From positions 528,959-592,958 of the forward strand of contig CAWCSY010000006.1 in NCBI GenBank assembly GCA_963798355.1: 64,000 nucleotides of DNA. The letters are read 5' to 3'. A program made the translations under genes and the position numbers. Positions 1 to 9,503 of the stretch are shown piece after piece. How positions within the stretch are numbered: position 1 is the first letter of the stretch; every line of letters starts with the position of its first letter. The DNA comes from an uncultured Microthrixaceae bacterium. GTDB taxonomy: Bacteria; Actinomycetota; Acidimicrobiia; Acidimicrobiales; Acidimicrobilacustridaceae. The notes beneath the pieces are model-generated. The model was not told the origin of the DNA. It worked only from the letters and a program-made list of their open reading frames with translations, and did no database searches.

Positions 1-1
1 C

Positions 2-463
2 GGCCTCGTCCTCGTGCCGCACCTCGACGGCGAACGCACCCCGAACCGACCGCACGCCGCCGGTGTGCTCGCCGGCATCCGCTCCGATGTCGGGCGGGAG
101 GACCTGGCCAGGGCAGCGGTCGAAGGCGTCGTGTGCAACCTCCTCGACGGAGCGGATCACCTCGGGACCGCCGAGGGTCGAGTCGTGCTGGTCGGCGGTG
201 GGGCCCGCAGCCCCGCCTACCGTCAGGTCGTCGCCGACCTGATCGGCCGACCGGTGCTCGTCCCCGATGCGGAACAGCTCGTCGCCCTCGGTGCAGCCCT
301 ACAGGCGGCCGCGGTGCTCACCGGTGGCTCCTTCGCCGACATCGCTTCGGCCTGGGGTGTCGGGCGGGGCGTGATCATCGAACCCGACCCATCCGTCGAC
401 GGCGCGTCCGTCCGGGCCGCGTACAGGTCTGCCCTTGCGAGGGCGGTCACCGACGACGGGTAG
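2..463 (+). CDS. FGGY-family carbohydrate kinase, C-terminal part (xylulokinase-like); 5' end outside window
   Basis: Frame is open from the window edge to TAG 461-463. VLVGGGARSPAYRQVVADLIGRPVLVP...ALGAALQAA resembles the C-terminal nucleotide-binding half of FGGY sugar kinases. Strong GC3 bias. Confidence 0.7.
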   Translation, partial: GLVLVPHLDGERTPNRPHAAGVLAGIRSDVGREDLARAAVEGVVCNLLDGADHLGTAEGRVVLVGGGARSPAYRQVVADLIGRPVLVPDAEQLVALGAALQAAAVLTGGSFADIASAWGVGRGVIIEPDPSVDGASVRAAYRSALARAVTDDG

Positions 464-592
464 GCCCGACACGAAGATGCACGAGCAGTCCCTGGCGACA
501 GTGCCCACAAGCTCGGCGCCGAACTGTTCCAAGGCCTCGACGACGTCGGGCTCACCCTTGCAGGGGTCATCCACCACCGCGTCGACGAAGCC

Positions 593-1648
593 ATGCACAA
601 GATCGACTGGAAGGACCTGGCGGCCTCCCGGTGCAACCGCCCGGAGCCGCCCATGGTCGCCAACTCGGTGCATCTCGCACAAGTGCTCGCCGACCAGGCC
701 TACCCTTCGCTGGGTCAGTTGGAGTTCATGTGCGTACCAGCGTCGATGTCGACCCAATCGAAGAGTGTCGAGGTGGCGTCGGGGTTCCCCGTGTCCCTGG
801 GTCTCGTATCGATCTGCGATCGCTCCTGGAAGACCGAGCGCCTGCGAGAGGATGCGGTGGGACGACGAGCAAAGCGGCGAGTAGAAGAGGCCAGCGACGC
901 CGAGACGTTCGCCGAGCTCGCTCGATTGCGCCCCTACCTCGAACTGGCGAGGGAGATCAGCGAGGAGGTGTCGCGTGCAGCCGCGGACGATTCCCTCGAT
1001 CTGGCCTCGGTGGAGGAGGCAATTGGGCGGATGCCGACGGAAGAACGCGAACGGGTGGTCCGCCAGGTGTTCGCGACGCTCCCCGCCGAGCGGCAGTGGG
1101 AGCTGCTCGCCGGGTCGTTCGACGACCCAGTGATCGACGCGTTCCTGACCGCCCGGCAGGCCATCTCCGTCGAGGCGACGCGTCAGCAGGCTCGGATCCG
1201 AACCTTGGCGACGGAAGCGAGGGCGCACGGACGGCTCGACCTCGCGGCGATGCCATCGGGAATCGAGGTCACGCTCGGACTCTTCCGGGAACGAGATGTG
1301 CGCGCCGCCGTGATCCGTGGGTACAAGTCGGAGTCCACGGCGCGGAGACTGATCCTGAGGACGACCGATCAGCCAGGGCGGCTGCACGTGATCGAAGACG
1401 TCTTCAACCCGACCAAGGGATATTTCGTGAGCGCGAGCTACGACGAGGAGGCCTGGGCATCCGAACGGCTGCTCAGCCACGGCGTCGTGCGGATCGGGTC
1501 GATCCTCGAGCGATCATCGCTCCCGGAGTTCGAGCCGGTGGTATACCCCGGTGCACACGTCGACACCGAGACCGCAGACGAAGCGGCCGTCGGTCGACTT
1601 CATCTCGGCTTTGCAGTGCTGGGCGCCAATGATGTGTTCGGCGGCTGA
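593..1648 (+). CDS. hypothetical protein, no recognisable domain
   Basis: 351-codon ORF with strong GC3 bias and an acidic helical middle (EEASDAETFAELARLRPYLELAREISEE...). Start is uncertain: the same frame stays open back to TAG 461-463, and an alternative GTG lies at 773. Confidence 0.5.
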   Translation: MHKIDWKDLAASRCNRPEPPMVANSVHLAQVLADQAYPSLGQLEFMCVPASMSTQSKSVEVASGFPVSLGLVSICDRSWKTERLREDAVGRRAKRRVEEASDAETFAELARLRPYLELAREISEEVSRAAADDSLDLASVEEAIGRMPTEERERVVRQVFATLPAERQWELLAGSFDDPVIDAFLTARQAISVEATRQQARIRTLATEARAHGRLDLAAMPSGIEVTLGLFRERDVRAAVIRGYKSESTARRLILRTTDQPGRLHVIEDVFNPTKGYFVSASYDEEAWASERLLSHGVVRIGSILERSSLPEFEPVVYPGAHVDTETADEAAVGRLHLGFAVLGANDVFGG

Positions 1649-1710
1649 GGCAACTGTCGCCCACTGCTGGTTTCGCTGAACACGAACCGATCTAGAGGCC
1701 CGGAGGCCAC

Positions 1711-3640
1711 ATGAGTGCCATCGCCATCTCCTTGATCATCGTGCTCGCCCTCGTCGTCGGGTTGGTGCTGGCGCTCCTCCGCAGCTTCCACTCCATCGGC
1801 CCGGCCAGGTGGGTCTCGTGGCGAAGCGCGTCGGAAGAAGCAGAAGGACGAGCAACTCGTCGCCCTCAAGGGCGAGGCCGGCTACCAAGCGGACCTGCTC
1901 ATGCCCGGGCTCCGCTTCAAGCTGTGGCCGGTCTTCAGGGTGGAGCGCTTTCCCTGGGTGCAGGTGCCGCCGGACCAGATCGGGCTCGTCATCGCCCAGG
2001 TCGGCCAGGCGCTCAGACGGGAGCGAAGTCAGCGGTCTACACGCCGGAGTTCGGGAGCTTCGCCGACATCCGGGCTTCCTGTCAACGGGCGGCCAACGCG
2101 GCGTGCAGCGACCCGTGCTGCCCCCCGGCACCACGGCGCCCGATCCACCCGGTGGGGTTCATCGTGATCGACCAGCGCCGAGGTCTTCGGCAAGGTGGTC
2201 TCCGACACGACGCTCGCCGGCGGTCGAGCCAGGTCGACCCGGCCGTGCTGAAGGTCATGCACATCACGCCTCAGGGCGACCGCGACGTCGTCGGGTGTGG
2301 TGACGACGCTGGAGGGCCCGCCCTCGGGCGACATCGCCAGCCGCATCGGAGGGTTCTCCGACGTCACCGAGATGGAGGCCTCGGGCACCGGCTCCGCCAG
2401 CCAGATCATCCAGGCGGTCCTCCGATCGAAGAACGACCTGCACGACAACTACCAGGACTACCAGGCCTTCCTTGGCCAACGGCGGCTGCATCGGCCTGCA
2501 GCACGATCCGATCCTCTACGGCTCCTACCTCCTGAACCCCTTCCTCGTGCGGGTCGAGCTCCGCGAGATGCTCGTGGTGCGCCAGGGCGAGGTCGCGGTC
2601 ATCAAGTCCTACGTCGGGCTCCCGACCGAGGACACCTCCGGCGAGGAGTTCAAGTTCGGATCGATCGTGAAGCCGGGCCATCAGGGCATCTGGTCCGAGC
2701 CGCTGCGCACGGGCAAGTACACGCTGAACCCGCGCATCTACGAGGCCGAGATCGTGCCGACCTCGATCCTCACGTTGAACTGGTCGCACGCCACGAGCGA
2801 GGCCCACAACCTCGACGAACGGCTTGCCCCGATCGACGCGAAGAGCAAGGAGGCCTTCACCTTCAGCATCGACCTCCAGGTGCAGATCCACGTACCCGAT
2901 ACCCGAGCGCCGAAGGTCATCAGCATGGTGGGCACCATGCAGAACCTCGTGAACGAGGTGCTGCAGTCGGCGGTCGGCAACTACTTCCGCAACAAGCTGC
3001 AGACCCTGGGCGCGACCGAGTTCATCGAGAAGCGCGACGAGGTGCAGAGCGCCGCGGAGGGCTACATCCAGCAGTACCTGTCGCGGTACGAGGTCGAGAC
3101 ACGGGGCGTGTACATCCAGGACGTGATCTTCCCCGCCGATCTCGTGGCAGGTCCTGACCAGTCGAGAGATCGCCGCGCAGGAGCGCGCCACCTTCGGCCA
3201 GCAGCGTGAAGCGCAGGAGGCCAGCGTCAGCCTCGAGCAGCAGCGCGGCGTCGCCGACATGCAGGGCCAGCTCGCGGAGGCGAACGTCTCGGTCGACATC
3301 GAGACCTCGCGAGCCGAGGCTGCCAACGCTCGAGCCGAGGGCGAAGGCGTCCGTCATCACCCCGACCGGTCGCGGCGGAGGCCACCCGAACCCGCGACAT
3401 CGGTCAATGCCAACGCGTCGGCCGAGGAGGCCCTGGGTCTCGCCCGAGCCAAGGGCTTCGACGCCCAGCGCCAGGCCATCGGCTCGGAGCAGACCGCGCT
3501 CGTCGCGGCCCTCCGCGAGGTCGGCGCGGGCCACGTGAAGATCGTGCCCGACATCCAGGTCGGCTGGAGAGGCCGGAGTGATCGGCGGGCTCGGCGCGAT
3601 GCTGATGCGCACGTTGGCAGAGGGGTCGCGGGGGTCCTGG
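1711..3640 (+). pseudogene. SPFH/band-7 flotillin-like protein (YqiK type) broken by roughly a dozen frame changes
   Basis: N-terminal TM helix MSAIAISLIIVLALVVGLVLALL. After it, flotillin-like blocks alternate between all three + frames. GLRFKLWPVFRVERFPWVQVPPDQIGLVIAQVGQAL is in the frame of 1901. GAKSAVYTPEFGSFADIRA is in the frame of 1711. FLSTGGQRGVQRPVLPPG is in the frame of 1809. VVTTLEGPPSGDIASRIGGF is in the frame of 2297. The SPFH core GLQHDPILYGSYLLNPF...VYIQDVIFPADL runs 2472-3140. QGQLAEANVSVDIETSRAEAANARAEGEG is in the frame of 3259 and VIGGLGAMLMRTLAEG in the frame of 3578. Approximate junctions: 1805, 1838, 2010, 2070, 2138, 2293, 2470, 3148, 3345, 3370, 3405, 3565. Confidence 0.8.
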
Positions 3641-3969
3641 GCGCCGCGCCCGCCTTCCGCAGAGCATGCCTCGTCCCCGGAGTCGTCCGAACAGGAGTCC
3701 GAAGTTCAGCGAGATGGTCATGCGAGTGACGGCGACCTTGCCGCATTGCCGTCGATCGAGCCGAGCTCGAGCCCACCGCCGGAACCACCGCCATGGATCC
3801 GGTCAGACGTCGCTGCGAAGGACCTGCCTGAGGACCCGGTCGAACCCTCTTCCTTAGCCGCGGCATGTGCGACGGCATCACCCTCCGCGGTGTGTTCGAT
3901 TTCGCCTGACAGGCCCGGTCAGGAGCCGATGGCATCCTCCACGGTGGGTTCGTGGCAGTGTTCCCACCC

Positions 3970-5127
3970 GTGACCGACCGAACCGGACCGCTCGCCCACG
4001 TGAAGGTCCTCGACCTGACGCGGCTGTTCCCGGGTGCGTTCTGCACGGTGCTGCTCGCCGACCACGGCGCCGAGGTGGTCAAGGTCGAGGCGCCGGGGTC
4101 CGGTGACGGAATGCGGCCGATGGCGACGCCTGGCGACCTTCAACCCGGCGCACGTGGCGCTCAACCGCGGCAAGCGCTCGCTGTCGCTCGACCTTCGATC
4201 GCCCGGTGCCGTCGACGTGCTGCGTCGGCTCGTCCGGTGGGCGGACGTGCTCGTCGAGTCGCACCGACCCGGCCAGCTCGACCGGTTCGGGCTCGGCTAC
4301 GAGGTGATGCGGGAGGAGAACCCCAGGCTGGTCTGGTGTTCGGTGACGGGCTTCGGCGACACCGGGCCCGAACACCGATGCGCCAGGCCACGACCTCACC
4401 TACCTCGGCTACGCCGGACTGCTCGGTCGACTCGGCGACGGGCCGCCGACGCCACCGGCGACGACATTGTCGATCCCCCTCGCCGGGCTGATGGCGACGG
4501 TGGGCATCCTGGCCGCGCTGGCCGAGGTCGCACGAACAGGGCATGGCTGTCGGCTCGACGCCAACATGGTCGACAGCGCCATGTGGGTCCTCGCCGAGGA
4601 CATCGCCCGCGCAGCCAACGAGCCCGGCGCCCGGCTGGGGGACGTTCGCGGCGCGCAACGTGTACCGCTGCGCGGACGGGCGCGACGTCACCGTCGCGGC
4701 CAGCGAACCGAAGAGCTGGGCCGCCCTGTGCGAGGGACTCGGTGTGCCCGACCTGGTCGAACATCGGCTCGGCGTCGACGACGAGGCACCGGTGATCGAC
4801 CGGCTCACCGACGTCTTTGCCACGAAGCCCGCTGCCGCGTGGGTCGCCGACCCAGGGCTCGCCGGCGGGGTCGGGCCCGTCAACGAACCAGCCGACCTCT
4901 TGGACGACCCGCAGGTGACCGAGCGGGGGAGCCTGGTGGCACTGGCGGGTTCGGGAGCACGGGTGTTGGGCAACCCGATCCGCATCGACGGCGCAGCCGG
5001 CGACGGAGCCACCCACGCCCGCACGGATCCGCCGGCGTTGGGCGCCGACACCGACGCCGTGCTGGCCGAGGCCGGCTTCTCCATCGACGAGGTCGCATCG
5101 CTGCGGACCGACCAGGTCATCGCATGA
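3970..5127 (+). pseudogene. family III CoA-transferase (CaiB/BaiF type) with at least three frame changes
   Basis: Four homologous segments in different frames. [35 protein letters not shown] is in the frame of 3952. [23 protein letters not shown]...VTGFGDTGP is in the frame of 4034. [16 protein letters not shown]...[14 protein letters not shown] is in the frame of 4467. WGTFAARNVYRCADGRDVTVAASEPKSW...SLRTDQVIA is in the frame of 4543, with stop 5125-5127. Junctions lie near 4135, 4380 and 4620. Start is GTG 3970 or 3952. Confidence 0.8.
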
Positions 5128-5922
5128 GCACCGGAGGGGACATGACCATCGATTTCGCCCTGGAGGGCAAGCGGGCGCTGGTGACCGGCGCTGGGCAGGG
5201 CGTTGGTCAGGCGATAGCCGCGACATTGGCCGCGGCCCAGGCCGAGGTGCTCGTCAACGACTACTTCGCCGAACGGGCCGAGGCTGCCGCCGAGGCCATC
5301 CGGGCCGTGGGTGGCAGGGCGGTCGCTCTGCCGTTCGACGTCACCGACCACGCTGCCGGGCGCGACGCGGTCATCGGCGCGGGCGGGGTCGACATCCTCG
5401 TCAACAACGCGGGCAACGCCGGGACCGAGGGCTTCGGCACGCCGACCCCGTTCGTCGACACCGACCCCGGGGACTGGGCGAGCTACCTCGCCGTGAACCT
5501 CCACGGCGTCATGAGCTGCACCCACGCCGCGCTCCCCGCGATGATCGAACGGGGGTGGGGCCGCATCATCACGATCGTCTCGGACGCGGCCCGCAGCGGA
5601 GGGGCGCAGATGGCCGCGTACAGCGCCGCCAAGGCTGGCGCCGCCGGGTTCTCCCGGGCCATCGCCAGCGAAGTCGCCCGCCACGGCATCACCGCGAACA
5701 ACATCGCCCTCGGCACCATGCGCACGCCTGCCACCGAAGGCGTTCTGGGACGACCCGGCCATGGCCGACCGTCAGAAGTCGCTCATGGCCGACTACCTCA
5801 TCCGTCGGCCAGGCGACCCCGACGACATCGCCTGGATGGTCGCCACCCTCGCCAGCCCAAGGGCGTCATGGGTCACCGGCCAGACCATCCCGGTCAACGG
5901 TGGCTTCTCCTTCGCCCTCTGA
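5124..5922 (+). pseudogene. short-chain dehydrogenase/reductase (SDR) with one frame change near 5740
   Basis: ATG 5124 overlaps the upstream stop (ATGA). Contains the TGAGQGVG glycine motif, NNAG and YSAAK. After ...GTMRTPATEG the homologous C-terminus continues in the next frame: FWDDPAMADRQKSLMADYLIRRPGDPDDIAWMVATLASPRASWVTGQTIPVNGGFSFAL, stop 5920-5922. Confidence 0.8.
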
Positions 5923-5970
5923 TCGCCGCCCGCCGATCGGCGCCCTCGACCCGCCCAAGGAGCTCGAACC

Positions 5971-7035
5971 ATGACTGGTACTTCGGAACGCCCTCGTCGT
6001 TTGCGACGGCTCGCCGTCCCGGCCGCCGTCCTGCTCGCAGCCGGAGCCATCGGCCGGTCCGTGCTCCGGCGTCGCCCGGCGGTCGAGCCCGTCGCCGACG
6101 ATCTCCGCAGCCCGGTCCTCTACCTCCCGCTGTCGCTCCGGAGCGAGAGGGTGCTCCGAGCGGTGCGGTCGATGCCGGCACCGGTGCCTCAGACCCCTCC
6201 CGACGTCGTCGTCGGCTCCCGAGCGATCCCGACCGACTCCGGCGATCAGCTGCGGCTCGTGACCTACGAGCGCGCCGACCGGCCGCGACCGACAGCGGCC
6301 TTGTTGTGGATCCACGGCGGTGGCATGGTGCTCGGCGTTCCCGAGCAGGGCCATCCGCTGTGCGGCCGATGGGCCGAGGAGCTCGGCATCCTCGTCGTGA
6401 GCGTCGATTACCGGCTCGCCCCCGAGCACCCGTTCCCCGGTGGTCTCGACGACTGCTACGCCGCGCTCCGGTGGCTCCACGACGAAGCCCACGCGCTCGA
6501 CGTCGACCCGGAGCGCGTCGCGGTGGGTGGGGACAGCGCCGGCGGCGGGCTCGCGGCCGCGCTCAGCCAGATGGCGCGCGATCGCGGCGGTCCGGGCATC
6601 TGCTTCCAGCTCTTGGAGTACCCGATGCTCGACGACCGCACGGTCCTGCGTGCCGACCACGCCGGGACCGGAGCGTTCGTGTGGACACCGGCCTCCAATC
6701 GCTTCGCGTGGACGGCCTACCTCGGTCGCCCCCCGGTGGCCGGTGAGGCACCGCGCTACGCGGCACCGGCCCGGACGCAGGACCTCTCGGGTCTCCCGCC
6801 CGCGTGGGTGGGGGTCGGCGCGCTCGACCTGTTCCACGCCGAGGACGTGGACTACGCCGATCGGCTCAGGTCCGCGGGCGTGGCGTGCGAGTTGCACGTC
6901 GAGCCCGGGATGTACCACGGCGCAGATGCGGTCCGGGCCACGGCCCCGACGTCGACGCGCTTCCGCGACCTGATGACCACGGCCCTCGCCGCCGGACTCG
7001 ACGAGGTGGCGACTACCGCACCACCGACAGCGTGA
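5971..7035 (+). CDS. alpha/beta hydrolase, hormone-sensitive-lipase-type esterase/lipase
   Basis: RBS AAGGAG at 5957-5962. HGGG oxyanion motif (LLWIHGGGMVLG) and GDSAGG nucleophile elbow. Arg-rich N-terminus followed by a hydrophobic stretch (RRLRRLAVPAAVLLAAGAIG). Intact 354 aa ORF. Confidence 0.85.
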   Translation: MTGTSERPRRLRRLAVPAAVLLAAGAIGRSVLRRRPAVEPVADDLRSPVLYLPLSLRSERVLRAVRSMPAPVPQTPPDVVVGSRAIPTDSGDQLRLVTYERADRPRPTAALLWIHGGGMVLGVPEQGHPLCGRWAEELGILVVSVDYRLAPEHPFPGGLDDCYAALRWLHDEAHALDVDPERVAVGGDSAGGGLAAALSQMARDRGGPGICFQLLEYPMLDDRTVLRADHAGTGAFVWTPASNRFAWTAYLGRPPVAGEAPRYAAPARTQDLSGLPPAWVGVGALDLFHAEDVDYADRLRSAGVACELHVEPGMYHGADAVRATAPTSTRFRDLMTTALAAGLDEVATTAPPTA

Positions 7036-7072
7036 CGTCGACGGTGCCATAGGTGGCGTCGGAACCGAACGG

Positions 7073-7855
7073 TCAGCGGCCCTTCCACACGGGATCTCGC
7101 TTCTCGATGAACGCCGTGGCTCCCTCGATGGCGTCCTCGCTGCCGAAGACCAGGGGCTGCCACTCGGTCTGCTTCTCCAGCGCCGCCTCGGCGTCGGTGA
7201 CGGCCAGGCGGACGAGCTCCTTCGTGGCCTGCAGCCCGAGGGGCCCGTTGCGGGCGATGCGCTCGGCCATGGCGATGGCTCCGTCCAGCACCTCAGCAGG
7301 GTCGACGACCTGGTTCACCAGGCCGAGGGCGTAGGCCCGCTTCGCATCGATGTAGTCGCCGGTGAGGGCGAGCTCGAGCGCGGCCGTGAGGGGGATGCGG
7401 GTGCCGATCATGATGCCGCCTCCCGCCGCGAACAGGCCGCGCTTGACCTCGGGGAGACCGAACCTGGCCTCCGACGACGCGATCACGATGTCGCAGCCCA
7501 TCACCAGCTCGAATCCACCGGCGACCGCAGTGGCGTTGATGGCCGCGACGATCGGCACGGCTGTCTCGCCCTTGATGAAGCGGCCGAAGACCGCGAGCCC
7601 GTCCATCTGCTCCTCGGTCGGCTTGTCGCCCGACGCGAAGGCGGCGAGGTCCATGCCGGAGCAGAAGGCTCGATCGCCGGTGCCGGTGAGCACCACCGCT
7701 CGGATGCCGGGATCGGTCTCGGCGGTCACGATCGCCCGGCCGAACTGGGCGAGGAGCTCCATGTTCAAGGCATTGCGCGCCTCGGGGCGGTTCAGGCGCA
7801 GGATGAGGACGGCCCCTCGCTGCTCGCTGACGAGGACGGGCTCGGTCTCTGACAT
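7073..7855 (-). CDS. enoyl-CoA hydratase/isomerase (crotonase fold)
   Basis: Intact 260 aa ORF. Crotonase blocks VLTGTGDRAFCSGMDL and AAINATAVAGGFELVMGCDIVIAS. Confidence 0.9.
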   Translation of the reverse strand: MSETEPVLVSEQRGAVLILRLNRPEARNALNMELLAQFGRAIVTAETDPGIRAVVLTGTGDRAFCSGMDLAAFASGDKPTEEQMDGLAVFGRFIKGETAVPIVAAINATAVAGGFELVMGCDIVIASSEARFGLPEVKRGLFAAGGGIMIGTRIPLTAALELALTGDYIDAKRAYALGLVNQVVDPAEVLDGAIAMAERIARNGPLGLQATKELVRLAVTDAEAALEKQTEWQPLVFGSEDAIEGATAFIEKRDPVWKGR

Positions 7856-7960
7856 GGCGGAGGAGGCTCCTTCGTTGGGGCCGGTCGTGGTCGGCCAGCA
7901 TTGCAGAAAGTTCGATGGGTCAGGATCGGAGGAGCTCTCGACAGAGAGGTGCTCGAACCG

Positions 7961-8053
7961 TCATCGGCTGGCAGTTGACCGGAGCGCGGCGCTCTGCCCT
8001 CCGAGCGCCAGACCGAGGCCGGATGCTCCACCGGTCACGACGGCGACCCACAT
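7961..8053 (-). pseudogene. N-terminal remnant (30 codons) of an SDR gene
   Basis: MWVAVVTGGASGLGLALGG..., which is the TGxxxGxG Rossmann start of an SDR, then a stop after 30 codons. Its ATG (8053-8051) overlaps the TGA of the upstream SnoaL-like gene (ATGA), as in an intact operon. Confidence 0.5.
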
Positions 8054-8469
8054 CAGCTCTCCTCCTCGGGCATCACGAAGTCGACGTGCAGGCGGGTGAG
8101 CTTCGACGTCTTGATCTGCCAGCCGTCGGAACCCTTCTCGTAGGTCTCGTGGTAGTGGCCGTAGCCATCGAGCCTCGTCCCGTTGGGCCACATCACGATG
8201 TCGTTGAGCGCCCAGATCCCGGTAGCCGTGGTTTCCGAGGTGAGGTCGATCTCGGGCATGTGGCCCTGGTGGACGGTGACGGCACCATCGAGGGCCTCAC
8301 GGAGGAACGCCATGAACTCGTCGGCGCCGCTGACGACGCCGCCGCCCGCCTCGGACGTGTCGATGACCACGTCGTCGGTGAACACCTGCCGCATCCCGTC
8401 CCAGTCCCTGGTGTCCATGGTGCGGAAGTAGCGGGCCTTCACCCGTCGGATCGCTTCGATGTCATCCAT
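8053..8469 (-). CDS. NTF2-like / SnoaL-like domain protein
   Basis: 138 aa from ATG 8469. DIEAIRRVKARYFRTMDTRDWDGMRQVFTDDVV... is typical of SnoaL_4/NTF2-fold proteins. The longer in-frame upstream extension to 8622 is Arg/Ser-rich and was rejected. Confidence 0.8.
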   Translation of the reverse strand: MDDIEAIRRVKARYFRTMDTRDWDGMRQVFTDDVVIDTSEAGGGVVSGADEFMAFLREALDGAVTVHQGHMPEIDLTSETTATGIWALNDIVMWPNGTRLDGYGHYHETYEKGSDGWQIKTSKLTRLHVDFVMPEEES

Positions 8470-8531
8470 GCTCGACGGCTCCCTCGGTTCCGGTGCGCTG
8501 GTCAGTCTGGTGCGGCATGAGTCGCACGGCA

Positions 8532-9434
8532 CTAGCCGTCGGTCTTCGACCTGAGACCGAGACGGGACGGGACCTCGGCGAATCGCTCGAGCGTGTCGAC
8601 CGGAGCGAAGTCGGCGAACCACACGTAGAAGCGGTCGATCCCTCGGGCGTGCAGCGCCGAGAAGTGGTCCGCGACCTCAGGTGCGGTACCGACGACGAGG
8701 TTCCGCCCCATCGGTGAGCCGCCGAAGCGGCGCTGCGCGACGGCACTGACCTCCTCGCGGTGGGATTCGTCGGGCAGCAGCGCGACCATGGACTGGATCG
8801 AGACACGTGCGTTGCCGGCCTGGTCACGGAGCTCGTCGAGCTTCTCGAAGCCGTGGATGGGGACGTTCCACCAGTCGGCATGGCGGCGGACGAGCGCGAG
8901 CGTGCGCTTCCCGACGCCGCCGATCGTGATCGGGATGTGCTGCGTCGGTGCCGGTCGCTGTTGGGCGCCCTCGAGTGTGAACTGCTCGCCGTGATGGTCG
9001 ACGACCTCGCCCGTCCAGAGGGCCCGCATGATCTCCAGCGACTCGGCCAGCCGGTCGACCCGCGCCCGCGCCTCGGTCGAGCCGATGCCGAAGACCTCGA
9101 ACTCGGTGGGCACGGAGCCCCAGCCGATGCCGAGCTCGAAGCGCCCGCCCGATGCACGGTCGAGCGAGGTGACCTGTCGGGCGAGGACCGCCGGGTGCCG
9201 GAAGGAATCGCACAGCACCAAGTGGCTGACGTGGAGCGTCGACGTGCGGGCGAGGACCCAGGTGGCGATCGTCATCGCCTCCCACATGTCCTGCTCGAAG
9301 GCCAGTGGGGGAGCGAGGTGGTCCATGAAGGCGATGCCCTCGAAGCCCGCGGCTTCTGCCGCGAGCGCACGGTCGACGATCGCGTCGTGGGTCAGCCTCA
9401 TCTGGGGGAGGAACAGGTGGAATGCGGGTGTCAT
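8532..9434 (-). CDS. luciferase-like monooxygenase (LLM) family flavin/F420-dependent oxidoreductase
   Basis: 300 aa from ATG 9434. LLM-fold blocks GFEGIAFMDHL, RFELGIGWG, ITIGGVGKRTLALVRRHADWWN. Confidence 0.85.
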   Translation of the reverse strand: MTPAFHLFLPQMRLTHDAIVDRALAAEAAGFEGIAFMDHLAPPLAFEQDMWEAMTIATWVLARTSTLHVSHLVLCDSFRHPAVLARQVTSLDRASGGRFELGIGWGSVPTEFEVFGIGSTEARARVDRLAESLEIMRALWTGEVVDHHGEQFTLEGAQQRPAPTQHIPITIGGVGKRTLALVRRHADWWNVPIHGFEKLDELRDQAGNARVSIQSMVALLPDESHREEVSAVAQRRFGGSPMGRNLVVGTAPEVADHFSALHARGIDRFYVWFADFAPVDTLERFAEVPSRLGLRSKTDG

Positions 9435-9503
9435 GGCGTCAGCCTCGCACTCGGCCGGCAGCCCCACGATCTGGAGACTCGTGCTCGGACATCGGACTGC
9501 CGG

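Noticed and set aside
741-775. CGTCGATGTCGAC string resembling the operator core
   Set aside because: It lies inside the probable coding region of ORF 593-1648 and lacks the TTGAGA and -10 parts. Similar short TCGA-rich strings occur in other coding regions.
133-1632. 499-aa + ORF, plus the 393-aa antisense ORF at 299..1480
   Set aside because: The translations are Arg/Pro/Gly-rich and low in complexity. They overlap better-biased frames. These are typical alternative-frame open stretches of very GC-rich DNA.
3641-3973. Open frame continuing after the flotillin tail (Ser/Pro/Glu-rich)
   Set aside because: GC3 bias is weaker and there is no homology-like sequence. It could be a disordered tail or non-coding spacer. 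I could not decide, so it is not annotated.
4161-5762. 533-aa minus-strand ORF (and the nested one at 4396..5226)
   Set aside because: It is antisense to the CoA-transferase and SDR genes, has no recognisable motifs and is Arg/Gly/Pro-rich.
7897-7922. Possible degenerate extra copy of the regulon motif upstream of the enoyl-CoA hydratase gene (minus strand TGACCCATCGAACTTTCTGCAATGCT)
   Set aside because: Only the TCGA core and part of the spacing match. It has no TTGAGA hexamer and no TAnnnT box, so it is too weak to call without a genome-wide score distribution.
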